Of a DNA stretch of 64,000 nt, positions 1 to 11,100 are shown piece after piece. Below the pieces are notes generated by a model. The model did no database searches, was not told the DNA's origin, and saw only the letters and a program-made list of their open reading frames with translations. Origin of the DNA: Lama guanicoe (lineage: Eukaryota); NCBI GenBank assembly GCA_013239625.1, contig MU053136.1, forward strand, positions 762,017 through 826,016, read 5' to 3'. Made by a program: the position numbers and the translations under genes. Each line of letters begins with the position of its first letter. The first letter of the stretch is position 1.

Positions 1-284
1 TAAATAGGCTTTCAAACAATCTTTTGCTCAGTCCCTTGTTTACCCCTAATTCCAGAGCTATCTGGTGCTTCAATTTTTGAGCCTTTAGGAACTCTTCAGC
101 TGAACAGAGTTGCTTCTTAGGTCCCCCATTGCTGGCTTGTTACTCAACATTATCAATTCTGCTAAATCATTCACCTCTTTCCATTTGCTTTCTGTCTTCT
201 AAAATTGCAGTGCTATAGGAGTCTTCTCATAGCTCTTGTGGTTTTAGTGTCTTATTTTAAAAGGTACTTACTGACATTTTAGTG

Positions 285-875
285 GATTGAAAACAACCTA
301 AGAGTCTGCTGATGGATGAATGGATAAAGAAAATGTGATGTATATACACCCATACACGCGTACACACAGCACATAGTGGAATGTTATTTAGCTATTAAAA
401 AAAGGAGGTCCTGCCATTCATGACAACATGAATGGACCTTGAGAGCATTATGCTAAGTGAAATAAGTCACAGAAAGACGAATACAATATGATATCACTTA
501 CATGTAGAATCTAAAAAAGCTGAACTCAGAAACAGTAGAATGGTTGTTGCTGGGGGCTAGTGGGGGTGTAGGAAATGGGGAGATGTTTGTCAAAGGGTAC
601 AAACTTCCACTTACAAGAAGAATAAATGAGGGGAATCTAATGTACAGCATGGTAACTATAGTTAAAAATACTGTATTGTATACTTGAAAGTTGCTAAAAG
701 TAGATTTAAAATATTCTGACCACACACACAAATGATAATTATGTAAAGTAATGGAGGTGTTAACAAACTTTAGTGGTAATCATTTCACATTATTTACATT
801 ATTAAATCATGTTATGCACCTTAAATGAACACAGATATATGTAATGAGTTATATCTCATTAAGCTGGAAAAAAAT
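285..875 (+). mobile_element. L1 3' end fragment
   Basis: gatgaatggataaagaaaatgt...catgaatggaccttgagagcattatgctaagtgaaataagtca...; A-rich end. Confidence 0.8.
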
Positions 876-2039
876 TTTAAATTAAAAAACCAGAACCACT
901 CCTTAACAATAAATAATAAAATTAATTAAAAATAAAAGAGATTTCTCAACACCAACAAAGATTAAGAAATTATAAAATTTATTAATTTAGTTAATCAAAG
1001 AGTCTAAAATTAAAATAGCAAATACTCTGAGCAATAAAGATAAAAGAAAGCAAAATTAAAAGGGAATTAAAATGGTAAAAAGTACTTTTTAAATCAAAGG
1101 GAAAATAAAATACTAAAGATTACATATATAGAAGTTAAAGCTTAGCATGTTGATCATAATTATAATAAATAAAAAGATAAACATAAGATTATTGAATTCA
1201 GAGAACAAAAACATTGTTAAATAGAAAAAAACAGTTAAAATGAAGAAATGATTAATAATAAGGAAATTTCTGCTGGTTAGACATAAAATATACAATACGA
1301 TCAGAAATACAAAAATTAAGTAGGCAAAATATGTTTAAACAATGCAGAAACAGGTGAACAATTTTAGAGTTTAAGAAATTAAAGATGTAAAACTTAACTG
1401 AATTAAAAGAGATAGCAGCTTATGTGCTTAAGGTTAACACCTTGTTTCAGGGCAAACAGAGTTTCTGGATAAAGCCAGCCTCCTTAGTTGGGACTGAGCA
1501 AAGAAATCTTGACATTCATCTTCCTCTAAATGGCAGCTCACAGTGCCTGTATCTCAAAGATTGTAAAATACCTGTGGGAGAGGGATGAGTGTTCACTGCC
1601 AAAAGGCTTTGTCAGAGAGGTTACATACAGAGCTGAGCTTCTGAGAGCAGCCCATACATGCTATCTACCAGGCTGTAATTGACACGTGAGGCTCCAGATT
1701 GGCTAGGAGGCTAGCTGGCAAAAATATCTCTGCTCTTTATAACCTCTGGAAATAAAGTCAAAGGTTGCTTAGATAGTATAATCAGTTACAGAAGTAATAT
1801 GATGATGATTTTTAAATATTTGATGTTGACATGGAATAACATGTGGTTTAGAAAAGACTATTTTATACTCATGTTACAGGAGAAATGAGGTCAAAGTCCA
1901 CTATAGAAATTACATAACTGAACAGAGAGTCAACAACCAGAAAAATGGAGGGTAGTTAAAAAAAAAATCTCTCAAATAGATAGAGACCTAAGATCTATCA
2001 TGTCAGTATAATTTAGGAAAATTAAATATTATCAACGTA

Positions 2040-2126
2040 GGAATTCAGGGTTTTCTTGGGTGCGAGCCACCCTGTCCTCCTTGCTCAGCCCTGCAATAAA
2101 CCTTTCTCTGCTCAAAAAAAAAAAAA
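2040..2126 (+). mobile_element. Short polyadenylated retrocopy of an LTR-like (R-region) transcript
   Basis: AATAAA at 2095-2100, poly(A) from 2114, flanked by direct repeat attatcaac (2028-2036 / 2127-2135). Confidence 0.65.
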
Positions 2127-2719
2127 ATTATCAACACAATGTCAAATCTCAGAGCTAAATCATTAAAAAAAAACACTCAATCATGATAAAAATAACTTAA
2201 CAAAAAGTTAATGATCCTGAACATCTAGATACAAAATACAATTTATAAAGAGGAGAAGAATGAGAAGAAAGCAGAGACAGATAGAAAAATAATTAAAGAT
2301 ATCAATGTTTGACTATCAAATCATGATATTTAGTAAGCAACATTTTCAATGAAGAATCTGTTATACACTCTAGGGTTTTTGTTTATGCCCAAAAGTTATA
2401 TATTACAATAAATAGGACAAAGAATTGCCATTTATTTTCAAGAATATATGGATGTCACAAATTTGATCATATACTAGGACACAAAGATGCACTCCAAAAA
2501 ACTTAAAGGCAGCGTATTTTACTCGTACAGTGTCTTAAAGTGAACAACAGAGGAGAATTGGAAAATGCCCAACCACCGAAAATGTATTAAGATATTCTCT
2601 AGATCAGGGATGAAATCCAAAGCCAAATAATGCTTTAACAGCTAAGAAAATTAAATACCACAAATACATACAATTTTAGGGAATTTGGCCAAATAAAACA
2701 TTCAGTAAAGTTAATTGCA

Positions 2720-3315
2720 CTAAATGGTGCAACTGTTTTGAAAACCAATTGGACAGTTCACCAAAAAGTTCATAAAGTTACCATATGACCCAGCAATTCC
2801 ACTTCTAGATACATATACAAGAGAACTGAAAACATGCTCACCCAAAAACTTATACACAAAGTTCACATCAGCATTATTTATAATAGCTATAAAGTAGAAA
2901 CAACCCAAATGTCCATCAATTGATAAATGGATTTTTTAAGTGTGGGATAGCTATACAATGAAATATTATTCAGCCATAAAAAGGAATGGAGCACTGTTCC
3001 TTGCCACAACATGGATGAACCTTGAAAATATACTAAGTGAAAGAAACCAGACACAAAAGGTCACCCACTATTATTCCATTTATATGAAACATTCAGAATA
3101 AGCAAATCCATAATGACAGAAAGTAAGTTCTTGATTGCCAGGGGCTGAGAGAGGGGAGAATGGCAAATGATTGCTGATGGGTACAGGATTTCTTTTTTGA
3201 GAGATGAAATGTTCCAGAATTAGTGGTAATGGTTACACAACCTAAAAACCACTGAACTGTACAGTTTTAAAGGGTGAATTTTATGGTATGTGAATTAAAT
3301 CTCAATTAAAAAGTA
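2720..3315 (+). mobile_element. Old L1 (L1M-type) 3' end
   Basis: ccatatgacccagcaattccacttctag...acaacccaaatgtccatcaa...ggtatgtgaattaaatctcaatt. Confidence 0.8.
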
Positions 3316-6300
3316 AACAATAAGTAAATTTCACCAGTTTAGAAATAAAAACAGAAAAATAATGAATCAAGATCTATGCCTATAAGAGAGAACCCAAAAT
3401 TGCACGTGGAAATAGCAGGTGGAAGCTTTCTCAACTATATACTGTGCAAATAAATTTGATAATCAAATAGAGAAGATCAATTACCTACCGTAACCAGTAC
3501 TTAGCAGTTGCATTGGGTATGCGAGACTAGATTGGGTTGTAAGAGTAGATTGGGTTGTAAAAGAGGTGTCTAAAGTATCAATTTGTAGTTTAACTCAGAC
3601 AGTTATTTCTCTCTCTACAGTCGTTTGGGCATAAACAGTTCAGGGTGCTATGGCACCTTCAGGATGTCAGAAATCCTGGCTCCTTAGACCTTGCTGCATC
3701 TCTAAGTGTTGCCCTTGTTGAGTGGTCCAGTTTGACACATCATCAAGTCTTCACTCCAACCAACTGAAAGGGAAAAATAGGAAGTTGTTCCCTGTTGTTC
3801 CCTAACTCTCTCACTGAGACGGTCTGGGTGCAGCAACGTTCCAATATCAATGAGAACCGCTAGCATCCAGATCTTGGCTTTTAAATACCATCATCCACTA
3901 AAAAGAAACAAGATAGTGATTTCAGGGCTGATGCAGGGAAAGTGAAAAAATGAGTCTGGAACACATTTTTGTGCCAGGAAGTAAGAAAATGCTCACAGAT
4001 GATGGGAACATGACACTTAGCCAACAGAAACTGGTTTGAAGGGGGTCCTGCTTGTTAAATAGATGACAAATTGAGCATCAATAAATGTTGAAGTTAGTAG
4101 AAAATAACCAATTGAATAAAATAGGAAACCATGAGCTCATGTTGATATTAATTAGTTAATAAGTAATAGAATATTTTCATAGTTTCACAGTTCTCTCCCT
4201 ACAAAACCCTTGCTAATTACAAAGAGAAATAACGCAACTTTATAGTAGAGAAGACAGACAACACCTGAATCAAGTGATGAACGTGAACCTTGTCAGTAAC
4301 AGGACAGATTGAAATCATGCAACACCTGATGGGATGCACCGAGAGGAACGTAGCTGCACCTGTGTGATATTCCTGCCAAAGGTACATATGAATCCAACCT
4401 TGAGGAAATCGCAGACACAACCAAACTGAGGGATGTTCTACAACATAACTTGTCTGTAATCTTCAAAATGTTTTGGTCATGAAAGTCAAGAAAAGACTGA
4501 GGAACTGTTCCAGACTGAAGGAGATTAAGGGATATGACAACTAAATAAACAACATGTGATTCTGAACTGGATTTTGCCTGCCAAGAACAATATTAGGACA
4601 GTGGGCAAAATGTAAACAGGGCCTGAGATTAGATGGTAGTAAAGTAACACTGTTAATCTCGTTATGATATTGTGGTTATGTAGAATGATCCTGTGAGTAG
4701 GAAACACAACTAAAGATTTTTAAAGGAATTTAAAACAAATTTTCCTTTTCTGATTTTGCAGTGTTAGTGTAAAGAAATGCAGCAGATTTCTGTGTATTAA
4801 TCTTGTAACCTGCTACATGCTGAATTCATGTATCAGCTCTAGTAGTTTTTGTGTGGAGTCGGTAGGGTTTTCTACATACAGTGTCATGCCATCTCTGTTT
4901 TTCAGGGCTGTGAAATCATGTATCTCATACATTTGACTCTTAGCTTACTATTTAAATGGTAGTGATATTCATCTGTATAGGAAATCTCCAACTTAGGAGG
5001 ACCCTGACATATGACCATCTATTTATGATGGCTTGATTTGTTGGATACCCCATTTTAGACCTAGTCTTATTGAAAAGAAAGGCACAACAGTGGTGACAAA
5101 AGTTTGCTCTGTAACAACTGTCGACTTTATTAGGACCAGGCCAGTGCAATCAAAGATAGCAAGAAATCATATACTCTCATTTGTAAAGTGGAGTAATTTG
5201 ATAGGATGAAGATATTATCCAAGAAAGCAAATTCCCACGTCTCCAAACATAGCAATAATTCCAGCACAGACGTTGTTTTCTCTTTGAAATACCTAAGATC
5301 ATGCCTGGATGAGGCATCAGATAAGTTTTCACTGTGAGAAAACTGTGGTTTTATCACTGCAGGAACGAAAATGTTGGCGTAACACCAGAGTTCTGTTAAT
5401 CCATTTAGGCAGCCACGGATGGGACTTGGGGTCAGGAGACCTGCCCTGACTTTAGCTAGGGATCCTCAGAAGTCAGAGAAGTGAGCCTCTCAGTTTCAGT
5501 TTTCATACTAGTTAAGGAGGGATAATCAGGGGATGCCCGCCTCAGAGCGTTATCACATGAGCTAAGTGTTTTTAAATGTGGGCATGGTGTGATGAGTACC
5601 AGGCATGAAGCTATTAGAAATTGCTAAGAGAGACACAAGGAGAAACAGTTAGTTTTAGACTAGTTGAAGCATAGCTCCAGTGGGAAAAGGAAGGACCCAT
5701 TTCCAGGCACCTTGGCCTACTGTCTCTTTGAACTCTTGACATTGACCTATGGGACAATATTATTCTCTTTTAAGAGATGAGGAAACAAGCTCAGAGCAGT
5801 ACCTTTGCCCAGAGTTACACTGTTGAAGGTGGCAGAGCTGGGGTCTGACCACAGCCCTTTTTGACTCTGAAGGCCAGATTTCCTACACTCAGCCGTCTCT
5901 CCCCAAAGCTGGGGAGGAAGCAGGCAGAGCTGAAAGGAAGGGGAGGAGAGTGATGTTGATATGGGGCAGAGCAGGAGTCAAAAACCAAAGCATGGACTAG
6001 GGGAACTCTTTCACTGAAAGAGGTATCCACTGCCAGAGAGTCTGGGTAGAGGTAGTTAAGTCTGGGTATTTCAAAAGTTTAGAGGAAGAGGACTAAATTA
6101 TTTAATAAACTGATTTAGTAATTAGCTTATTTAATTTTTGGAAAACTAAGGTTTTGGTTTTTTTTTTAAAAACACTGCTAGAAAAAACCTGTACATCTAA
6201 AGTAGAACACCACTGATAACGTGTGATTCTCATTAGTAGCTGTGACCTTGCCCACATCTTTTACACCAGGTTGTTAAGAGACCCTGTAACCCTTTACATT

Positions 6301-6598
6301 TTAATAATTCTCTCAGTGCAGTCATCCCACACTGTGTGATCCAGCTAGAATGTGAGTACCATGAGGCAGGGGCCCTGTTTGGTGTACAGATGAGTCTTTA
6401 GCACCCAGAACCCTGCCTGGAATATGGGAGGTGCTCACCAAGCATTTTTTGAGAAAATGAATATGGAAATTTGTGAACTAAAATATGGCATGCTCTCTGA
6501 GAACCTGTTACACGTTCCTCTGGTTCTTTCTCCTTTCAAGAGGAAAATCTGGCTCGTTGCCCCCATGTAGCATCAAGTGTTTAGATTGAAACTGTAGA

Positions 6599-6820
6599 CT
6601 ACACAGCATCAGCAGGCCTTACTGAATTTGAAGTAAGACGAAGAACTAAGTCTGTCACTGGTGTCAGTAAATAAGACAGAGGGAGAGAAGCACTTGGCGT
6701 CCCAGCCAGCATAGTAGCGGGTCTGAGGCTGAACAGTGGTCAGGGCGTGCTCCATGCAGTTGGTGACCAGGCTCAGATTCTTCTGTCCTTTAGAAACAAG
6801 TTTATTAAAATACTGGTAAT
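6599..6820 (-). pseudogene. SDR9C pseudogene last exon, frameshifted
   Basis: ctataacag|AT TAC...NLSLVTNCMEHALTTVQPQTRYYAGWDAKCF[frameshift ~6686]LPLSYLLTPVTDLVLRLTSNSVRPADAV-TAG (6601-6599). Confidence 0.87.
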
Positions 6821-7024
6821 CTGTTATAGAGGGACAATGTTAGAGCTGTAAAAACACGTTAACATGGAAAGAAGCAGGATAAAATACAAGGTACAAACAG
6901 TATTGGAGGGGTGGGAGAGTGCAGGACAAGAACAGGAGGGCTCTGTGTTCCAGGTCTGATGGCTGGGTGGTGGCTGCTGGAGGGCTCTGTGAGAGGAGGC
7001 GGGCACAGGGCTTGGGGCACAGGC

Positions 7025-7335
7025 TTTGCGGCTGTGTTGTCCCGTACAGCAACCACAAGCCACACGTAGCAATTTAAAATAAGAAATGAGGCCAGTCTGA
7101 TTGAGATGTTCAGCAAGTGTAAGATTCACATTGTGTCTCAAAGACTTAGTACAAAGAAAGAATGTATAATATCTCAATTGCAATTTTCATGTTGATTATT
7201 TGTTGAAATGACAGTATTCTGGAAATGGTCTGTTCTGGATTAAATTCACCTGTCCATTGGTTTTTGGTTTGTTTTTTTTCAATGTGGCTGACGTTTGTGG
7301 CTGGCATTATATTTCTATTGGGCTAACGTCTATAG
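7025..7335. mobile_element. MER33-like hAT element in the last intron of the SDR9C pseudogene
   Basis: gttgtcccgtacagcaaccacaagccacacgtagc...aaagacttagtac...attatatttctattgg; similar to 41595-42570. Confidence 0.55.
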
Positions 7336-7669
7336 CAACATTGCCAGGGTTCAGTTCATCACTTTGCACTGTTTTGCTGAGTGATCTTGGGAAATCACTC
7401 AACATTTCAGGCCTCAATTTCCTTATCTGTAAATGAGGACTAGCAGCAGCACTTTCCTTCTAGGGTTATGAGGACTGAGTTAATCCTTCCAGAAGGCCTC
7501 GTGTGTGTTGAGTATGTGTTGGGGCTCAGGGGAAGCCGGCAGCCTGGGCGAGGCAGGAAGGGCAGCAGCAAGTGAGCCTAGTCTCAGACTGGCATGGAGC
7601 AAGCAGTCAAGAAGTTTTCTCAAGTTAATAACTTTGCCGTCCCTGTGCTGTGGGGACCGAGGAACTTAC

Positions 7670-7830
7670 AGCCTTTGAAATGCTTGTCTCCGTGACTCTC
7701 CTTCACCTCTGGGAACGCTTGGCCCCAGATCCCCTTGAGTACACCCTGTATATTGTCATGGCAAACGGATGTTTTAAATTTCCCAGGTGCTGTGATAGCG
7801 ACGTGAACAGCAAAAGGACAGAGCTCCCTT
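7670..7830 (-). pseudogene. SDR9C pseudogene exon (REL..F.V.V....PG.F.T)
   Basis: tgtttcag|A AGG GAG CTC...AAA GGC T|gtaagt; 161 nt; RELCPFAVHVAITAPGKFKT...IWGQAFPEVKESHGDKHF (ORF 7620..7841). Confidence 0.82.
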
Positions 7831-8973
7831 CTGAAACACAAGGCAAAGGACTGTTAACCAAGGAAACAGCATCATTCTGTGACCTAATCAGTCCCACCCC
7901 TTCTTAAACTAGAATGCTGCAGGCAGTGTTTCAAGAAAGGCATTTAGGTCAAGGAAGAAAATGAAAGAGTACACCCAAGTATCTGGGGAAGATGTTCAAA
8001 TAAAATTCAAAAGCACAACACCCATAGACTGCTTTCTGAGAAGCTTCAGATCTGGGCCGGAGGCACTGATGCTGCCTCTTCCTGCCCACCTCACACCTCT
8101 CTCCCACAGACCCACCCTCTGTGACAGCTCCCTGAGCCCTCACGTCCCTTCCTGGCCCCTGCCTCCTCCTCCTTACCTACTTGCTCAGTTCCTTTGTGAA
8201 GCCTCCTTTGGCCTCTGCTGCACAAAAAGGTAAGTCACCCCCTCATCATTGCCTCTATGCACCTGCACACACCCGTGTTCATATTTGCTGTATACCCACT
8301 ACAGAAGTTTTTCTCCCACAGAACTGAGTTCAGATTCTGGTTCAACCTCACACTTAACCGTAGAGAACCACATTTAACATGCGGGCTTTCTGTAAGGAGT
8401 AAATAGAGCACTTGGCACAGAGCTTTACCTTTAAATTAACCCGCCAATGTTCATTCTCCCCTCCTGAGAACCATTAGTCAGGTTTAGTGACTTAAAGCAC
8501 TTAAATAATAAGGCAAATAATGTTTTAGAAACAAACTCTTAACATTCCCATGTGGGATATACGTTATATACATAATATTCATATATATATGAATATTTTA
8601 TTTATATATGTCTTACAAAAATACATTAAATTTGTTTAAAACATAAAGACATCTTATAGGAATAACAATAAAACAAAGTAAGTCAAAAGAATATGAAAAG
8701 GAATATATATGAATATATATCTATAAATGAATCACTCTGCTGTACACCAGAAATTAACACAGCATTGTAAGTCAACTATATTTCAATTAAAAAAAAAGTC
8801 CTAATACATTTTTCACATTCCATAATGTATGACCTTATATTATCGAAAGATTTAGACATTCCATTCCCAAAGTCCTTCATTTCATTCAGCACCAATAGAT
8901 CTGGAACCCAGGCCCATCACTTGCAGATACACTCCCAGCCACAGTCAGGTCTTCCTCAGAGGCTGGTCCTTGC

Positions 8974-9230
8974 CTCAGGCTGTCAGAAGAGGCTTCTACA
9001 CTGTATTTAGAAATGCAGTCCACCACCCAACACAGACATTCTCCCAGTTGGGCTAGAATCATTGACTTTTCTTCCTCTGGTCTTTCTGACCAGGGGAAGA
9101 AAGCTCAAGGTCACCTTGACGAGGCCAATCAAGTTCACATTCAAGATCTTTAAAAAGTCGTCTTCGGTCAGCCATTGATTTGGGACAATAGGCAGGGCAA
9201 TGCCGGCATTGTTCACCAAACCCCAGAGGC
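8974..9230 (-). pseudogene. SDR9C pseudogene exon (catalytic exon), 2-nt deletion
   Basis: cttttaccag|GC CTC TGG GGT TTG GTG AAC AAT GCC GGC ([10 protein letters not shown]...[18 protein letters not shown]). GGA-C-TGC ATT TCT AAA TAC has lost 2 nt of the YxxxK Tyr codon near 9018. Ends CTG AG|gcaagg; 257 nt versus 259 for the paralogous exon in this window. Confidence 0.88.
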
Positions 9231-9289
9231 CTGGTAAAAGCCAAAGAGTATTAGTTAGAAATAGGAAACTCATTTAAGAATCATTTCAG

Positions 9290-11100
9290 TGTTCAAATTA
9301 CATCCTCTTGAGGAAGATAAACAATAAATTCAATAAACTGGTAAGTTAGTTATAAAGTATGTTAGAAAGTGGAAAGTAGTGATGGATTAAAACAACAAAT
9401 GAGCAGGTGAGGAATGTGTGCCATCATACTGAGTCAGCTGTACAGGACAAGCTTCCTGGAAAAGTTGAGAACTGAGCAAACTTGCAGAAGGAAAATGGGT
9501 CAAAGGGACAATCTGGAGCAGGTAGTTCCAGGGGAAGAACAGCTGCAATAAATACCTTAAGGCCGGGGGATGCCTGGCCTGTTGGAGGAGCAGTAGGAAG
9601 ACCAATGTGTCTGGGGCAGTAGCAATAGTTGAGAAATAGTAGAGAACTGGTCAGGGAAGCCATGGGATGCCAGGTCATGCAATGCTTTGTACGCCATTTT
9701 AGAGTTTAGCTTTTACTTCAGGTAAAAAGGGAGACCACTGCAGGGTTTTGAGTAGAGTTGCGAATGATCTAATTTATTTTTTAAAAGGTCATCTGTGTCT
9801 GCTCTGTTAAACTGACTGAGGGTAGGCAAGGGTAGGTACAGGGGCAGCTAGTAGGAAGTTACTGCAGTGATCCAAGCATGAAATGATGACCGTTAGAACC
9901 GGATTGGTGGCAACAGCAGTAGCAAAAAGAACTCAAACTCTCAACAGATTTTAAAGACACAGTATAAATTTCTGACTTTTTGAATATGGTGAGGGAGAGG
10001 AAGAGTGATTTTGCTGAAATGAGCAACAGAGTAGAGTTACCACTAACTGAGATGGGAAAGGTTTGGAGACGGGCAGTAATCAGGAGTTCAGTTCACTAAG
10101 GTTAAATCTGAGACGTCTCCCAGATATTCAGCTGGAAATATGGAGGAAGCTTTTGTATATTTGAGTCTGAAGCTAAGGAGAGAGTTCTGGGTTGGGGTTG
10201 GAGGTACAAGTGTAGATACCTTGGAGATCCAAAAATTGAGGCCTGAGGGCATTCTACATTAAGGATCTGGGGGAAGTGGAGGAACCAGCAAAGGAAGCTG
10301 AGTGGAAACATTGAGGGAAGAGGAAATACATTCTAAGAGAGTGGTGTCCTGGAAGCCATAGAAAGAAGGTATATCAAGAAGGAGAGAAGGAGAAAGTCAA
10401 ATATTGCTATGGCAAGTTGGGTGAGGCCTGAGAATTGACCTTTAGATGTAGAAGTTGAAAGTCATTGGACACGTTGTTAAAAGCAGTTTGGGAAGAGTGT
10501 TGGGTGTTGGTGCCTGATTGGAAATGCTCCAGTAGGAAATAGGAAGAGGGGCTGGAGGCAGTGAACATAGACAGATCCATAGAGGAATTTTGTGGTAACA
10601 AGGGAAAGATTTCATGGTGGTGATGGAGGTGGCAGTTAAGGGATGGGAAGATCGGAGAAATAAATAGTAGAAAGTAAAAAATTAATGATTTAAAAAAAGA
10701 AAGAGAATAGAATTGCGGGGGTGGGGTGTGCTGAACAGGCTGAGAGGAGTATGCTCTAGAGCACAAGTAAATGGCCTGGGTTTACACAAGGGGAAGGTCG
10801 GACAGGCTGTGCTGGTGCAGGTGATGGTAGGCAGGTGGAGGCGGTGGGAAGAGTCCTGGGGAAATTATCTTCCAGTTGCTTCAGTTTTTCTCAGTCAAGT
10901 TGGTCATCAGCTCAGAGCTAGGATAGGAGAGAACAAGTTGGAGGTATGAAGAGAGGAAAGATTTGAAATGGTTGTTTGGAAATTAGGACAATGAATGGAA
11001 TATGACCATATGACAGTAGCATAAAAGCCCACTAAAGGTTTGTGGCCATGAATTTTTCATAAGACTAATCATGTGTGGATTCAGGTTTCTCCATCCACAG
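9290..11100 (-). mobile_element. LINE-2 (L2) remnant
   Basis: Purine-rich + strand with L2-like motifs (cagggttttgagtagag...atgatctaattt; aggagttcagtt; gagaattgacc...agcagtttgg). Boundaries approximate. Confidence 0.6.

Larger units (their letters stand above)
6599..9230 (-). pseudogene. Unprocessed RDH16/SDR9C7-like (SDR9C family) retinol dehydrogenase pseudogene, three 3' coding exons
   Basis: Exons at 8974-9230, 7670-7830 and 6599-6820 are homologous to HSD17B6 coding exons 2-4, with the same phases. Two frameshifts, a lost catalytic Tyr and a GC donor; first coding exon not found. Confidence 0.88.

Noticed and set aside
3528..3560. Short tandem duplications (tagattgggttgtaa x2; also ~18965-19005 and ~62942-62967)
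   Set aside because: Ordinary slippage duplications; no spacer structure, not CRISPR-like.
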